Below, piece by piece: positions 24,582-36,360 of a DNA stretch of 64,000 bases (positions are counted from its first letter, which is position 1; every line of letters starts with the position of its first letter). Both the position numbers and the translations under genes were made by a program. Origin of the DNA: Lama glama (Eukaryota); assembly GCA_028534125.1 (NCBI GenBank), contig CM052816.1, positions 12,712,001 through 12,776,000 on the forward strand. The letters run 5' to 3'. The notes below the pieces were generated by a model, which saw nothing but the letters and a program-made list of their open reading frames with translations, was not told the DNA's origin and ran no database searches.

Positions 24582-24784
24582 CAGTTGATCCCTGACCAAT
24601 GAGGCGGTTAGGGGCACCAGCTTTCCACACAGTCAAATGTAACTTTACAATCAGCCCTCCGTACCTGCATTTCTGCATCTGGGGATTCAACCAACCAGGG
24701 ATCATGTGGTTCGTGTTTACTGAAAGAAAACCACTTATAAGTGGACCTGTGCCATTCAAACCTGTGTCGTTCAAGTGTCAGTGG
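24582..24784 (+). mobile_element. MER8 (Tigger2-family) MITE
   Basis: cagttgatccctgaccaat ... ttaggggcacc ... ttcaaacctgtgtcgttcaagtgtcagtgg, with TA on both flanks. Confidence 0.9.
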
Positions 24785-26024
24785 TAAGGCAGCTTTCTGC
24801 TTTGGATTACAGGAAAGAGACTGAGAGCATGCATCTAACTCTTGCCATCTAGATCTTCAGTCTCCAAATTCGTTTGATAAGGCATCTACCAAATTTTCAT
24901 AAATAGGTCTTATTCATTGTAAGTTTATTTGCAGATAAATGAAAATTATTTAAGGTATTGCTATATTATAGAATATTACAGTATAGACCTGTGATGTATT
25001 GACGCTGATATATATTTAGAAAATGTACATACATACATATTAAAAAGGATGAGATAAAAATGAAATAAATACTATTTAACATGAATTAATATCTCAATAC
25101 AGAAACATCCATTTTGCTCTCCCTAAACATATCATTAATAATACTTTTAGAGAGAGCAATGTCATTGACCAAGCTTCATTATTTTTTAAGATCTTGGTTT
25201 AACTACTTATGATAAAGCGAGCCGGTGAAGTGGTTTTCATTTAATTCTCTTTTCTGTAGTTCCTATCATAGTTGAAAATGATAGAGCCACAGAACCAAAT
25301 GGAGTGAAGATATCATTGGCTGAAATCATTGAATTATGCTACACATTTTTTCATATCCACCCACTGACTATATAAAAATTTTTATTGAAATTTGACAAAT
25401 TTCCATCTCCTCTGATGCCAATTATTTATTCTATTCAATGAAATGAAAAGGTCATGTTGAAATAAATTCTTCAGTTGAAAGATTTTTATGGCAGGTTTGA
25501 AAAACATGGCAAAAATGAGAATGCTGAGGTTAGGAATACAAAAAGTTTTCAAAAGTACTGAGTAGATTTAAACATGGCAGATAAATTCTGTGTAGAGAGC
25601 AGGGCAGAAGTGACCATATGTTTGCCATGCAGATGTTAATGGTAAACAGTTTTAAGTGCATAGACATGAGAGTTTTTAGAGGAGACATGTTCACATATAT
25701 TTTCAGCAAGAAATCCCATAATGACAAAAACATTTCCAAATATTTATTTTCAGAATGCTCTTACCATAGCATAAGTTTCCTTCAAGGAGCAATTATTTTC
25801 TCACTTGTTATTAAAACGCAAAATTGTACATTGAAAGGACAAATTAAATATGCAGCTGATGAGGAACTCATGCTAGGAGTAGGGAGAAATGCCAGTTCTG
25901 TCGTTAATACACTTGGGTAATTGATGTTATCTTTCAAATTCTGTCTCTTTACAAAATTGTCATTTGTCCATTTGGTAAAAGTTAGCTTCGTTTAGGTACT
26001 TAATATTAAGGTTCACTTAATAAC

Positions 26025-26247
26025 TAGACCAATGCAAACACTGTAGGGGAGGCAATGGACTGACCAAAAGAAGCTGCTGATGTGAGAATGTTATCAATAT
26101 TAGGAAGTCCTGATTTCTTTTAATTTTTATATAAAAATAAATACAAATGGCAGTTCTGATGTTTTCTAGAATTTTCTCCTCACACTCCTTGGATCATCCT
26201 GTCACACCCACTGGAGCCACTCCCTCCCCTGCTTGGAGATCACTGGA
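26025..26247 (-). mobile_element. MER112/MER113-like hAT-Charlie remnant
   Basis: Reverse complement begins ccagtgatctccaagc ... gatgatccaaggagtgtgaggagaaaat ... tttgtatttatttttat. Confidence 0.6.
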
Positions 26248-26558
26248 GTAAGCTATTGCTCTACTGAGAAAGAGGAGGGCTCCTGTTTCTCAAACACAGG
26301 TCTCCCTGTCCCAGCTTGGCTACACCCCTCCTACTGGCCCCTTCCATGAAGAGTATTCCTATTCACCCTTCATAAACCTTGGTTCCATGTCGAGATTCTG
26401 GCTTTACGAAATTATGTTTATAATGTTAACCTAATTTCTTTGTTGTCCATATCACATAAGAATTTCAGCAAAGGAGAGAGTTGAAGTCCAGTGTGTCCTG
26501 GGAGAGATCAGAAGAATGAATGAAATTGTTGGAGTCTGGCAGGGATGGGTGGATGGAC

Positions 26559-26596
26559 TGTGTGTGTGTGTGTGTATGTGTATGTATGTGTGTGTG
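26559..26596 (+). repeat. (TG)n/(TATG)n microsatellite
   Basis: Read directly from the sequence. Confidence 0.9.
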
Positions 26597-27059
26597 GTGT
26601 TTGATGAATATATCTGGTATTTTTTTTCCAATGAGATTCTGTCTCCTTGCTCCCTGGGTTTAAACATTAAGGGTTTCTTGCTTGGTTATGGTTATAAAAA
26701 AATACTCTTTCTGACTGAAGGATTTTAGAAGCAGTCAGTTTCTCCAGTACATGATTATGTAGCTCTTTTTTCTTAAATCGGAAGAAACATGGAAGGCAAA
26801 TCCCATATAATCAAAGAAACCCTCCTTTGCAGTGTAGAATGAGAGAGTAACTGTGTAGTTTTGTGTTTCAACTATGGTTTATTTGGCTTCAGAGATGTGG
26901 GGACTCTTTGTGTACCAGTAGTCTGGGTTCTTTACCAGTAAAATTACTCTGTATAGAAACAGTCCTTGCCAACAGTCTAAGTAAGGAAATACTGATATAA
27001 CTAAGACAATTCCTTATCAGTAAGAAAGCAGGAGACTCACACATCTTTATAGTTGAAAG

Positions 27060-27190
27060 GAACCCTATCTTACTGATGAAGAAAACGAGGCGCAGAGGGA
27101 TTAGGTAATTTCTTCAGGATCAGAGAGTTTGCTGCTAGGAGATGGGACTGGGTGAGGTCTCGACTCCAGGTCAGTGGGCTTTTACTGGGA
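27060..27190 (-). mobile_element. MIR fragment
   Basis: cttactgatgaagaaaacgaggcgcagaggg ... aggtctcgactccagg. Confidence 0.7.
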
Positions 27191-28774
27191 TGCCCCACTA
27201 GTGTTTGTTTGTACAGGAAAGTATAGACATCACCTGTATATGAGGGTAACATGAAAGTATGAACAGGTATTTAATTGGAGTGAAGTGGAGTATCTCTGGC
27301 AGGGCCAAGCCTGAGGCAGCTGTCACCTGCCATCTAGCTGTACTAGGAAGAGTTTCCATAATAGTGATAGTGAAATATGGACGAGGGATTGTAGTGTTTT
27401 GTTTCCCTGGAATGTCCAGGACCTGATCTGCTTTGGATTAACAATATTACTTGAGTTAACGCTAAAGGAACAAGTTGATGGAAAATGGGTGGTCCAAGCC
27501 CTCACTCCATTCTAGACATCCCTTTAGTGTTTTCTTCTGTTATAAGGATTAAGGAGTTGGGTGTAGAATGTCTATGTACATATCTGTAAATCAGTCCTTA
27601 ACGCTCTTGACTGATTGAAGTGTAAAATAATCAAGGACTGTTGGAGTTACCACATTACTAGCAGTCTTATTTTTACAATCATCCTGCTTTGTCCACCCTA
27701 GCTGTGCCGTGCACTCCGCTGTGTGACAACACTGGCTGCTCAGTTGCAGCTCAGTTGCAGCTCAGTAGAGCGCCCCTCCCCTGTGTCCTCCCCACGGGGG
27801 TTCTTTTCCAATTATTAATCAGTAAGAACTTTTTAAAATGAATGTCCATTCAAAAGATGTTTAAATCTTCTGTAGCTCTGCTGTTTTATTAATTTCCATA
27901 TTTAGACTCTCAAACACTCTTCCCTGTAGTTTCAGTTCTGAACGCAGTCCCAGGATGTCCAGTGAACTTTTGGGAGTATGTAGAGAGTGCTCAGTGTTGC
28001 AGAATGCCTTTTGCTTCTTCAAGAAATACTTACTAGGCATGTCTAGGTAATTAATTCAAATGAGGGGATATCAATTCAAATAAGGCACGGTCGGTTCCTG
28101 CTTTCTTTCAACTTAGTAGGGCAAGCTGACAAGCAACAATCTGGAAAGGGTGATTTTGGGGGCAGTCTGTACAGATTTTCTGTAAGAGAACAGAAAATTT
28201 GTCATTGGGACCATCTGGAGAAGCCTGACACCAGGTGCTTTAGAGAGAATTTGCCTAGCTTCAAGATCAACTGTCTTCAGAAAACCCTTGGGAGTATGGT
28301 GAGCAGCTATGTGGATGGTACTCAAGATGGAGAGTACATGTGCTGAAGCAGGGCTATGGTATGGGTCTGGGGACACTACAAGTGCCTGGATTAAGGAATC
28401 AGGGAGAAGACAGTCACGGTCACAGAATTTGTTTGGTTTCCAACTGTTGGCCGGCAGGTCCCACCTAGCTAAGGACAGATGGGTTTTATTTTTAAAGTAG
28501 TTGTAAATGTTTCCTAATTGAATAATTTCACATAAAAAAATCCAGATTTCTGACCTTGGAGAATTGGAAGTGCCATAAATACTCCTTTTATTGTCCCCAG
28601 TGGTAGCAGTGTGGGTGAGCTGTATCTTGGCAGCTCCCTGTACTTAGAGCATCATTGGAACTGGTTCTCCCTAGTTCTCACTGCTCTCTGGTATCTTGCC
28701 CTGTTTATTATCCTACCCCGAGCCTGTGTCATTCCTCTTTAAGTTTCTTGTCCCCTTGGTTATTGTCAGTAAAA

Positions 28775-29270
28775 GAATAATCTAGGTAGTGCTGTGAAGG
28801 GATTTTGCAGGTGTAAGTAAAATTTCATATCACTTGATCCTAAGACGCAGAGGTTACCTGGGCAGGCCTGATCTAAGGGCCTGAGCATGAGAAGGACGTG
28901 GTGTGCCCTTGCTGCTCTGAGGATGGAGGGGACAGGTGAAAGGGGACGCAGGTGGTGTCTAAGAGCAAAGATCAGATTCTGGCTGACAGCCAGTGGGAAA
29001 AGAGGGACCCTAGTACCACAATCATGAGGAACTGGTTTCTGCCAACAATCTGAATGACCTTGAAAGTGGACGCTCCCCAGAGCCTTCAGATAAGAGCCCA
29101 GCTAGCCCTTCCCTTGATGTTGGCCTTGTGCTAAACACCTCGAGCTGAGCCAAGCCAAACTCACAGGACTCTCGGCCTATAGAATTGTAAAATCTGTATT
29201 CCAAAAATGGCTTTTGTTTTTACCACCAAATTGGTGATCATTTGTTATACAGCAATAGAAAATGAATGCA
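28775..29270 (+). mobile_element. MLT1E-like MaLR solo LTR
   Basis: gctgtgaagggattttgcaggtgtaa ... ggctgacagccagtgggaaa ... ctgccaacaatctgaatga ... ttgttatacagcaatagaaaatgaatgca. Confidence 0.85.
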
Positions 29271-29482
29271 AGGACTTTGGAATCAGACAAATATGGGTTT
29301 GTGCTGAAGATCTGCCACTTGCTATCTGTATGACCCGGGGAAAGTTCCTTAAGCTTCTTTGCTCATCAGTGGAGTGGGGATATGAATACAGTGTACCTTA
29401 TAAAATTGTGAGGATTGACTGAGTTAACACAGTGTAGAATGACTAGCTAGGCCCATAGTAATTGTTCAATAAATATTAGCTC
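29271..29482 (+). mobile_element. MIR
   Basis: ggactttggaatcagacaaatatgggttt ... ttgtgaggattgactgag ... ttcaataaatattagct. Confidence 0.8.
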
Positions 29483-30789
29483 CTAAAAAGCTTTTTCAGT
29501 TTCCTGGGCATCTATCAGGAAGGCTGCTCTTCCAGAATTCGCCAAACATTCATTAAGCTAGCTCCTTCTTAATCTGTACACAGTAATAATTACTTCCAGA
29601 ATTAGAAGAGAATTAAGGCAAGTTTATTATTAACATAATAATGCTTAGTATGCTCCTTCCTACAACATGAAATCTATCTTTGCAATTTGCAGTCCTCAGG
29701 AAGCCTTACCAGGTACTATTCCAGCTGAAGCACAGTGATGAAAAATGCCAACTCTAGCGCTGGGGAAAAGCTTTGTAGATGAAGACATTGGCATCTGGGA
29801 CCATTTATGCTGCTTTCCAATTCTGAATGATTGCTGGTGTTCATGTTTATTCAGCAAAGCTCCTTAGAGACCTGTTTGAAAGGGCGCACGTTCCCTGGAT
29901 GGGAAAGACAAGCCCCTCTGCTCTCTGGAACAAGAAGAGGTCACCAGTGACCTTAACTTTCTGCCGCATGTGCTCTACCAGCTGATAGCTTATTAATAAA
30001 GAACTCACAGAGGAGGAGGGGAACAGGCTTTGTTTTTTCAAACAACTGCTGACTGTGTGCCCTTGGGCAAGGTACTTGACCTCTCTGGGCTTCATCTGTA
30101 AAGTGGGTATGAAGTAAAAGATTGGACTCTTCTTTTTAAAAATTCCCTCCACGTTATTAAAGTGTAAGGAAATTCACCTATGTTATTTTCCTAGATCTAA
30201 ATGAATCCCAGGATTGACAAGAAATCCAGTATCAGTCATTACTGGGGTGAGATCGTGGCATGGGCAGCATTCAGCCGTCCTGATGGGTTAATGTGGTCCT
30301 GAAACATGGGGGAAGGGCCTCTGTTCTTCGGCCCATTATGGTGCCACTGAGATGTTCATTGTTCACATGGACCGTCCCAAGTGAGCAGCTCCTGTGCTCA
30401 CGGCATCCTTCCCCTCAGTGCCCATCCTGGCTCCTGGCACCTTCAGCATGGCTGCCAACACCACAGAGCACGAGCTCAGGGCCCACTGGGCCGTGCTCTA
30501 TTCCCATCCTACCTTTTCTCATGTGTGATTTCAGATTCCTGTTATTCTTCATCCTCTGTCCCCCTTCAGATCTCTGAGAATCCAGCCTCTCTCCTCTGGT
30601 CACACTATTTCTCCCTCACTCAACCTTGAAAACTTCCCACCTTGGGTCACGCTGGCTCCATATTTCAGTAAGCCTAGGCCAGGGACCACAGTGGACTGGA
30701 ACATTTTGACCGAAGCAGCCATCACTCCATCTAGGGGGAGGCAAAGGGACTGGCAAGGATGGCGGTGAGCTACTGAGCGTGTGCCCATC

Positions 30790-30994
30790 TGAAGGAGAAA
30801 GTTGCCACCCAGTTCTAGGTGATTTATGCCACATGGAAATAAAAGCTCAGAACTCTACATTTTCCAATATTTCAGGAAAAGCAGAGATCTAGGTTTTTTC
30901 AGGTGAAATAGCCTAACTTTAAAATTTTGATGCAATTAAAAATAAAAGCCTCTTGAGGCCAGATCGACCACGTTTGATGACAGCCAGCTTGTGA
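30790..30994. mobile_element. MER102-like hAT-Charlie remnant (a similar remnant in opposite orientation at ~28400-28600)
   Basis: ttccaatatttcaggaaaagcagagatctaggtttttt ... gtgaaat ... cagcttgtga; weak similarity. Confidence 0.4.
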
Positions 30995-30995
30995 T

Positions 30996-31264
30996 TGTGT
31001 TAGTCTGCCAGGCCTGCCACGACAGAGGACCACACACTGGGTGGCTTCAACAAAAGACGTTTATTGTCTCACGTTCTTGGGGCTGCAAGATGTCGGTAGG
31101 GTTGGGTATTTCTGATGGCTGTGAAGGAAGGATCTCTCCCAGGCCTCTCTCCTTGGCTTGGCTTGTAGGTGGTCGCCTTCACGTTCACATAGTGTCCTCC
31201 CTGGATCTTCACATCATCTACCCTCTCTGCATGTCTACGTCCAAAGTTCCCCTTTTTATAAGGA
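30996..31264 (-). mobile_element. MLT1A/B-like MaLR LTR, cut by the assembly gap
   Basis: tgtgttagtctgccagg ... ctgggtggcttcaacaa ... tttattgtctcacgttct ... ccaaagttcccctttttataagga. Confidence 0.85.
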
Positions 31265-31764
31265 NNNNNNNNNNNNNNNNNNNNNNNNNNNNNNNNNNNN
31301 NNNNNNNNNNNNNNNNNNNNNNNNNNNNNNNNNNNNNNNNNNNNNNNNNNNNNNNNNNNNNNNNNNNNNNNNNNNNNNNNNNNNNNNNNNNNNNNNNNNN
31401 NNNNNNNNNNNNNNNNNNNNNNNNNNNNNNNNNNNNNNNNNNNNNNNNNNNNNNNNNNNNNNNNNNNNNNNNNNNNNNNNNNNNNNNNNNNNNNNNNNNN
31501 NNNNNNNNNNNNNNNNNNNNNNNNNNNNNNNNNNNNNNNNNNNNNNNNNNNNNNNNNNNNNNNNNNNNNNNNNNNNNNNNNNNNNNNNNNNNNNNNNNNN
31601 NNNNNNNNNNNNNNNNNNNNNNNNNNNNNNNNNNNNNNNNNNNNNNNNNNNNNNNNNNNNNNNNNNNNNNNNNNNNNNNNNNNNNNNNNNNNNNNNNNNN
31701 NNNNNNNNNNNNNNNNNNNNNNNNNNNNNNNNNNNNNNNNNNNNNNNNNNNNNNNNNNNNNNNN
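31265..31764. other. Assembly gap (500 N)
   Basis: Exactly 500 N, a fixed-size scaffolding spacer. Confidence 0.99.
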
Positions 31765-34248
31765 AGGAGTCAAAGGGAAATGTTTAGCGTTAGCTTATAT
31801 CTCTATCTTCAGCATTTCTCAACTAGAATCATAAATTTTTTCCAGAAGCTGAAACAAATTTGTGCTAACAGTTATAACACTTCAGGATTACATTCTAAAA
31901 AACCAAATACATTCCATTCTCAGTGATCATTAGTTTATATTGTGTTGGTTTATAGTTAATATTTGGGTTATTTTTGAATAATGCTTTAATTTATCTGGAA
32001 ATTTTTGTTTGAATGATGTACATTTCTTTGACTTTTCATAAAATTGCTTTAACTTGTTGCTTTTTAATATATTTATATTTTTGTATGTTTGCAATATGGT
32101 GAATAATTAGCTTTACTGACTTTTTATATTGTAAATTTGGAACACGGAAATAAAGAATATGCCTAAGTGAATGTCCATGCTTTTATAATATACAAAATGA
32201 GTGTCAAAATGCTTTATTGTTACTTTGATATATTTAGACTTTGACGAGTTGGTAATAAAAGTGTGAAACCATCACAGTTAGGGAGATTTTAAAATACTGG
32301 GTATTTAAAAACTTTGTCTCATTCTTTGAAGTTTTCAAGTTTTTAAAGTTTTATAATGAAAGCAATATAATAATAGTAGTTTATTCAGAAAAGGTATAAA
32401 TGGATTCATATATTAAAGATAAATGTCCAGTAAGTTTTTACCAATAAGGAGCACAGTACAAAAAGCTTAGGGGCTGTTTTCTGCACAAAATTATAGCATA
32501 TTTATGTTATCAGGGGATTTTTTTTTAAAGAAAAGCTAGCATTCAACAAATAAGAACAATGAAAACTACCTGAAAATCTCAAAAAAAATATTTTGGGAAG
32601 ACTTCTGGGGTTCCTAAATTTATCACAGTTCAAACTACGCTTTCTCCTGCTTAAAAATGATCCCTGCCCCTCTACTCTGGATACGCCTAGACAGATCCGA
32701 GGAAAGTCATTTGATTACTTCCATTTCCCATGGCATCTTGTAGCATATTCATCCAAGTCTTTACTGGAAGGGGTAAAATAAGAAAATATCCCTTGGCTTT
32801 TGTTCAGAAGATGTTTCAACTGTATGTGTCTAAATCTGAATATCTGGTCTCTGAGGTCATTTGGCTGAAGGCTTCCCTCTTGTCGCAGGGTGCATGTAAT
32901 GAAACTGCCAGAGAGCAGTTAGAGCCACTCTAAACACTCATTTCTCTGTATCGCCTTAAACAAAGAAACAGGGAGCGCCTGTTTTCCTAAAGAATAGCGG
33001 ATTATTATGGTGTTCTCCGCTCTGGGAAATACTCATTTGCAGATGGAAAAGGAGCTGATTGGTGGCATCAGGTACAAATGATTTAAAGCCTCAGGTGCCA
33101 AGAATTTATCATATACACGAAGTCCAGCCTCACTCTTACCCACTTTAAAGTTCGTAACTTCAAAGAGACACTGGGTCACTGCAGGGAGAGGGTACTTCAA
33201 CAACATGGACAGTCCTGGATTTTGTGCTAAATTGCTAAATACTAGGAATAAGCCCTTGGGCAAAGATGGGGGTGGTGGTTTTGGTTTGTCAGTTCTAAAG
33301 GTATACCTCTCTGTATATTGATTTACAAGCATTGTCTCCATCCTTTCTGGGACAGTCTTCCCCAAATAGGACTCACACTTAGACCACATGTAAATCTGGG
33401 TAATGATTGCTTGAATGTTGTCAGAGAATTTGGCACAATGACTTGCAAAACCAGTGGGATTGCAGAGAAAACTGCTTTTATCCTCAGCATGGATCAAATC
33501 TAGACATGAGAAGGAACACGCCTTCCAAAAATGCTTTTCAAAAAACATGGCTGTGGAAAAATGCAATTGAAGGGAAATCTGACATGTGATGGGAATATGT
33601 TAGGTAACTTCCTCAGCTTCTTAATCAAAAGCAGTTGTCATTTGATTGAAGTAGAAAACCAAGGATTTGGTTTGTTCCACTCTGTGAATCCTTTGAAGTT
33701 ACAATCACCTGTACCTACAAATAAATTCCCAACAAAGACCATATGTTATTAGATGTCTTAATTCTGACTTCATTTTTTTAATTTTAAATTTGAGTCTTTT
33801 AAGAATGGTGAGAGGGAATAAAATGTTTAATGGAGACCAATGGGGGAAAAAAAAATAAAGAGAATGAAGAGACCAACAGCCAAAAAAAAAAAAAAAAAAA
33901 AAGGTGAGAGGGGACAGGAGAGATTAATGGGAAAAAAAACATACAGGAAAGCAATAAACTAAGATACTTGGAAATAGGCAGTGTATTTGATTTATCAATG
34001 TTTTTATGATCCCAAGGTTAATGGTTTCTTAAAATTGTGGCTCCTGATTCCAATGAAGGTGGAATCTACACTCAAATAATATTCAATAACTTGAGTGTGG
34101 ATGAAGCTCAAGTTCTCAGGAAATATATGTATATATGGAAATGTAATGTAAGGTAGCTTTCTATCCAGAAGGTGAAATGGAAATGAAAACAAATAACTAG
34201 TGTTTAAAAAATATATGACATTTTATTTGCCAATGCATTTTTTAGCCT

Positions 34249-34710
34249 TGTTTATCATGTCTTTTCATTCTGTATTTTTGATGCTTTGACATCTTAGAGC
34301 CTTGGTGACCCTGGAGGGACTGCCTCTCCCAGGACCAGCTAATTCCTGCAGACAGCAAGGGACCGTGAATGTGCCATTTCTATGCAAACCAGCCAATCCA
34401 GAGAGCTTTAATGAGCTCTTCCACTCCAGGCCCCTGTTCCCCTGCCTTATCCCAGGGTCTGTGCCTGTACCAGTCAACTAGGAACACCCCCCATCCTCCA
34501 GAGCCTGCTAAATTATTCAAACTAGCCTGTCCTAAACCTACTTACTCTGCCTCACCAATTACTCCCCGAAGAAACCCCAATAAAGGCTCTTGGCACAATG
34601 TTCCCCTTCCTTTCCCTTCTGAGCAAACTTAGCACTCCCCCCTCCATGGCATGGGGTACCCCCTCCTCTTGGGTCAATGAGTATAACAAACTCTCTTTCC
34701 AGTGACAGTA
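34249..34710 (+). mobile_element. ERVL-type solo LTR (MER74-like)
   Basis: tgtttatc ... gtatttttgatgctttgacatctt ... gaccctggagggactgcctctcccagg ... tatgcaaaccagccaatccagag ... caataaaggctctt. Confidence 0.75.
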
Positions 34711-35246
34711 ATAAAACCTGTATTTTAAAATAAAGCCTGGTGATACAGATGTTTCCTATGTTATGGCAGACTAGATTTCCTCCAAATCAACCTCCAGGTA
34801 CAAGTCAAAAAAGGCTGAATGAAACATAAAAACATATTTTTAACAAAATTGATGAAAAGCACAGTTCCAGGCAAGTAACCCAACTGATGGCTGGGATCTC
34901 TCCGGAAGGTACGCATTCGTCTCCACTGCCTAGAGCTTTGGTTTCCATTGGCTTGACATAGGAGACAGAAGGCAAAGCTTAAATCTTGCATGAGGTGGAA
35001 AGTCACTCTCATAAAACAGGGACTCCTCCAAAATATTAACCTTAGTGGCTGAACTAGGAAAGACAAAACCCCACGAACCAAGATAGTCTTGGCTTTGGGT
35101 TGGGGAAGGAAGATGGTTAATGATCTCTCTTGAGGATTCATAATATTAACTGTGGCCTCAAATAAAGTTGGGGTTGGCATTTACAGTGTCTTTGTGTCCC
35201 CCGAAAACCTCAAGCCCAGAAGTTTGTTTAAAATGGTCCTAGGTAG

Positions 35247-35354
35247 AGGGGAGGGTATAGTTCAGTGGTAGAGCACATTCTTAGCATGTACGATGTCCTG
35301 GGTTCAACCCCCAGTACCTCTGTTAAAAAAAAAAGTGTTGTTTTTTTTTTTTTT
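35247..35354 (+). mobile_element. vic-1-type camelid tRNA(Ala)-derived SINE
   Basis: ggggagggtatagttcagtggtagagcacattcttagcatgtacgatgtcctgggttcaacccccagtacctc; A and B boxes, A-tail, TSD aatggtcctaggtag (35232-35246) / aatggccctaggtag (35355-35369). Confidence 0.9.
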
Positions 35355-35464
35355 AATGGCCCTAGGTAGGTGCCTGGAAGAAGCAAATGGAAGTCATATC
35401 TAGAGAAACTCACCTTCCATCTTGGTCTCCAACATTTCCCACAGATAAAATTCCAAAGACTTAA

Positions 35465-35508
35465 CACAACATTGTAAAATGATTATAAATCAATAAAAAA
35501 TGTTAAAC
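35465..35508 (+). mobile_element. 44-bp L1 extreme 3' end with 18-bp TSD
   Basis: aaaattccaaagacttaa at 35447-35464 and 35509-35526 flanks cacaacattgtaaaatgattataaatcaataaaaaatgttaaac. Confidence 0.85.
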
Positions 35509-36179
35509 AAAATTCCAAAGACTTAAACTCACATCATCACATATTCAAAGAAAAAAAGAAAGAGAGAGAGAGAGAAATACATGAGATAGAATCTGGCTCT
35601 GCTGTCCTAACCAGAGGTCAGGAGAGCAGTGAGTACCCTAAAAGTAGTTTTCTAAGTGGAGATTCAAAATAAAGAGCCTGGGGTTGATGACCCTTGGAGT
35701 CCCTTTGATTTCACAGGTCTGATACCTAAAACGCTCCTCGGTATGGATCTTGCTGGCAATGCGTAGCCACGCGAGAAGTCAAGGTTTAGGTTGTCAGAAG
35801 GAGGGCTCAGAGTTGCTCCCTCAGCCTTGACACTTTCTAGGCTCCTTGCCCATGTGGGCACAGGCATGGTATGTGGTCATCCCACTCATGTCTGGGACAG
35901 TGTAAGTCACACTGTCTTCTGGATGAGGGTGAGGGTTTCCTTTCAGATTCCCTTGGAACAGCAAAGCACGTCCCTTTACAATTTGAAGCAATGTTGCGAC
36001 TCCAAAGAACAAGGAGAGCCATGTATCTGAACACTGTACGAAGTTCCCATGCAGCTGAAGAGTTGCTCAGATGTACAGAAAGGCCACAGGCCCTGATCCT
36101 TCCACTCCCTCCCCTCCCACTGGCTGGCTCATCGTGGCGGTTCTGCTGTGATTGTCAGTTATTGAAACTGATTAAGCAC

Positions 36180-36360
36180 CACGCTTCCACTTAACACCTC
36201 TGAACGTATGGAGAAGTTACTTCACCTTTCTTGATGGCCTCACTAACAAAGTAGGCATATTCATAGTACCTATTCCTTAGGATTGCTGTGAAAATTAAAT
36301 AAGATAATCTCTGTGAAGTGCTTAGCACAGTACCTGGAGTGATGTTTTCCATAATTGGCA
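36180..36360 (+). mobile_element. MIR
   Basis: gtacctattccttaggattgctgtgaaaattaaataagataatctctgtgaagtgcttagcacagtacctgg. Confidence 0.8.

Larger units (their letters stand above)
34760..35620 (+). mobile_element. Ancient L1M 5' region remnant, interrupted by younger insertions
   Basis: aacagggactcctccaaaat ... aaaacctcaagcccagaa ... ttaaaatggtcctagg ... gtgcctggaagaagcaaatg resemble old L1 5' UTR motifs. Confidence 0.5.

Noticed and set aside
27738..27766. gctcagttgca tandem (also short tandems at ~2811-2830 and 15218-15256) as array-like repeats
   Set aside because: Two or three adjacent units without spacers; ordinary slippage duplications, not CRISPR-like
30991..31926. ORFs of 209-311 aa
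   Set aside because: They are long only because they run through 500 N; the left part is MLT1 LTR
33033..33566. Longest gap-free ORF (177 aa, minus strand)
   Set aside because: No recognisable domain; a faint likeness to the CR1/L3 RT motif (CLDLIHAEDK vs YLDFSKAFD) is too weak; the length is plausible by chance
35248..35321. tRNA-Ala gene
   Set aside because: Degenerate stems and anticodon, plus A-tail and TSD, indicate a SINE
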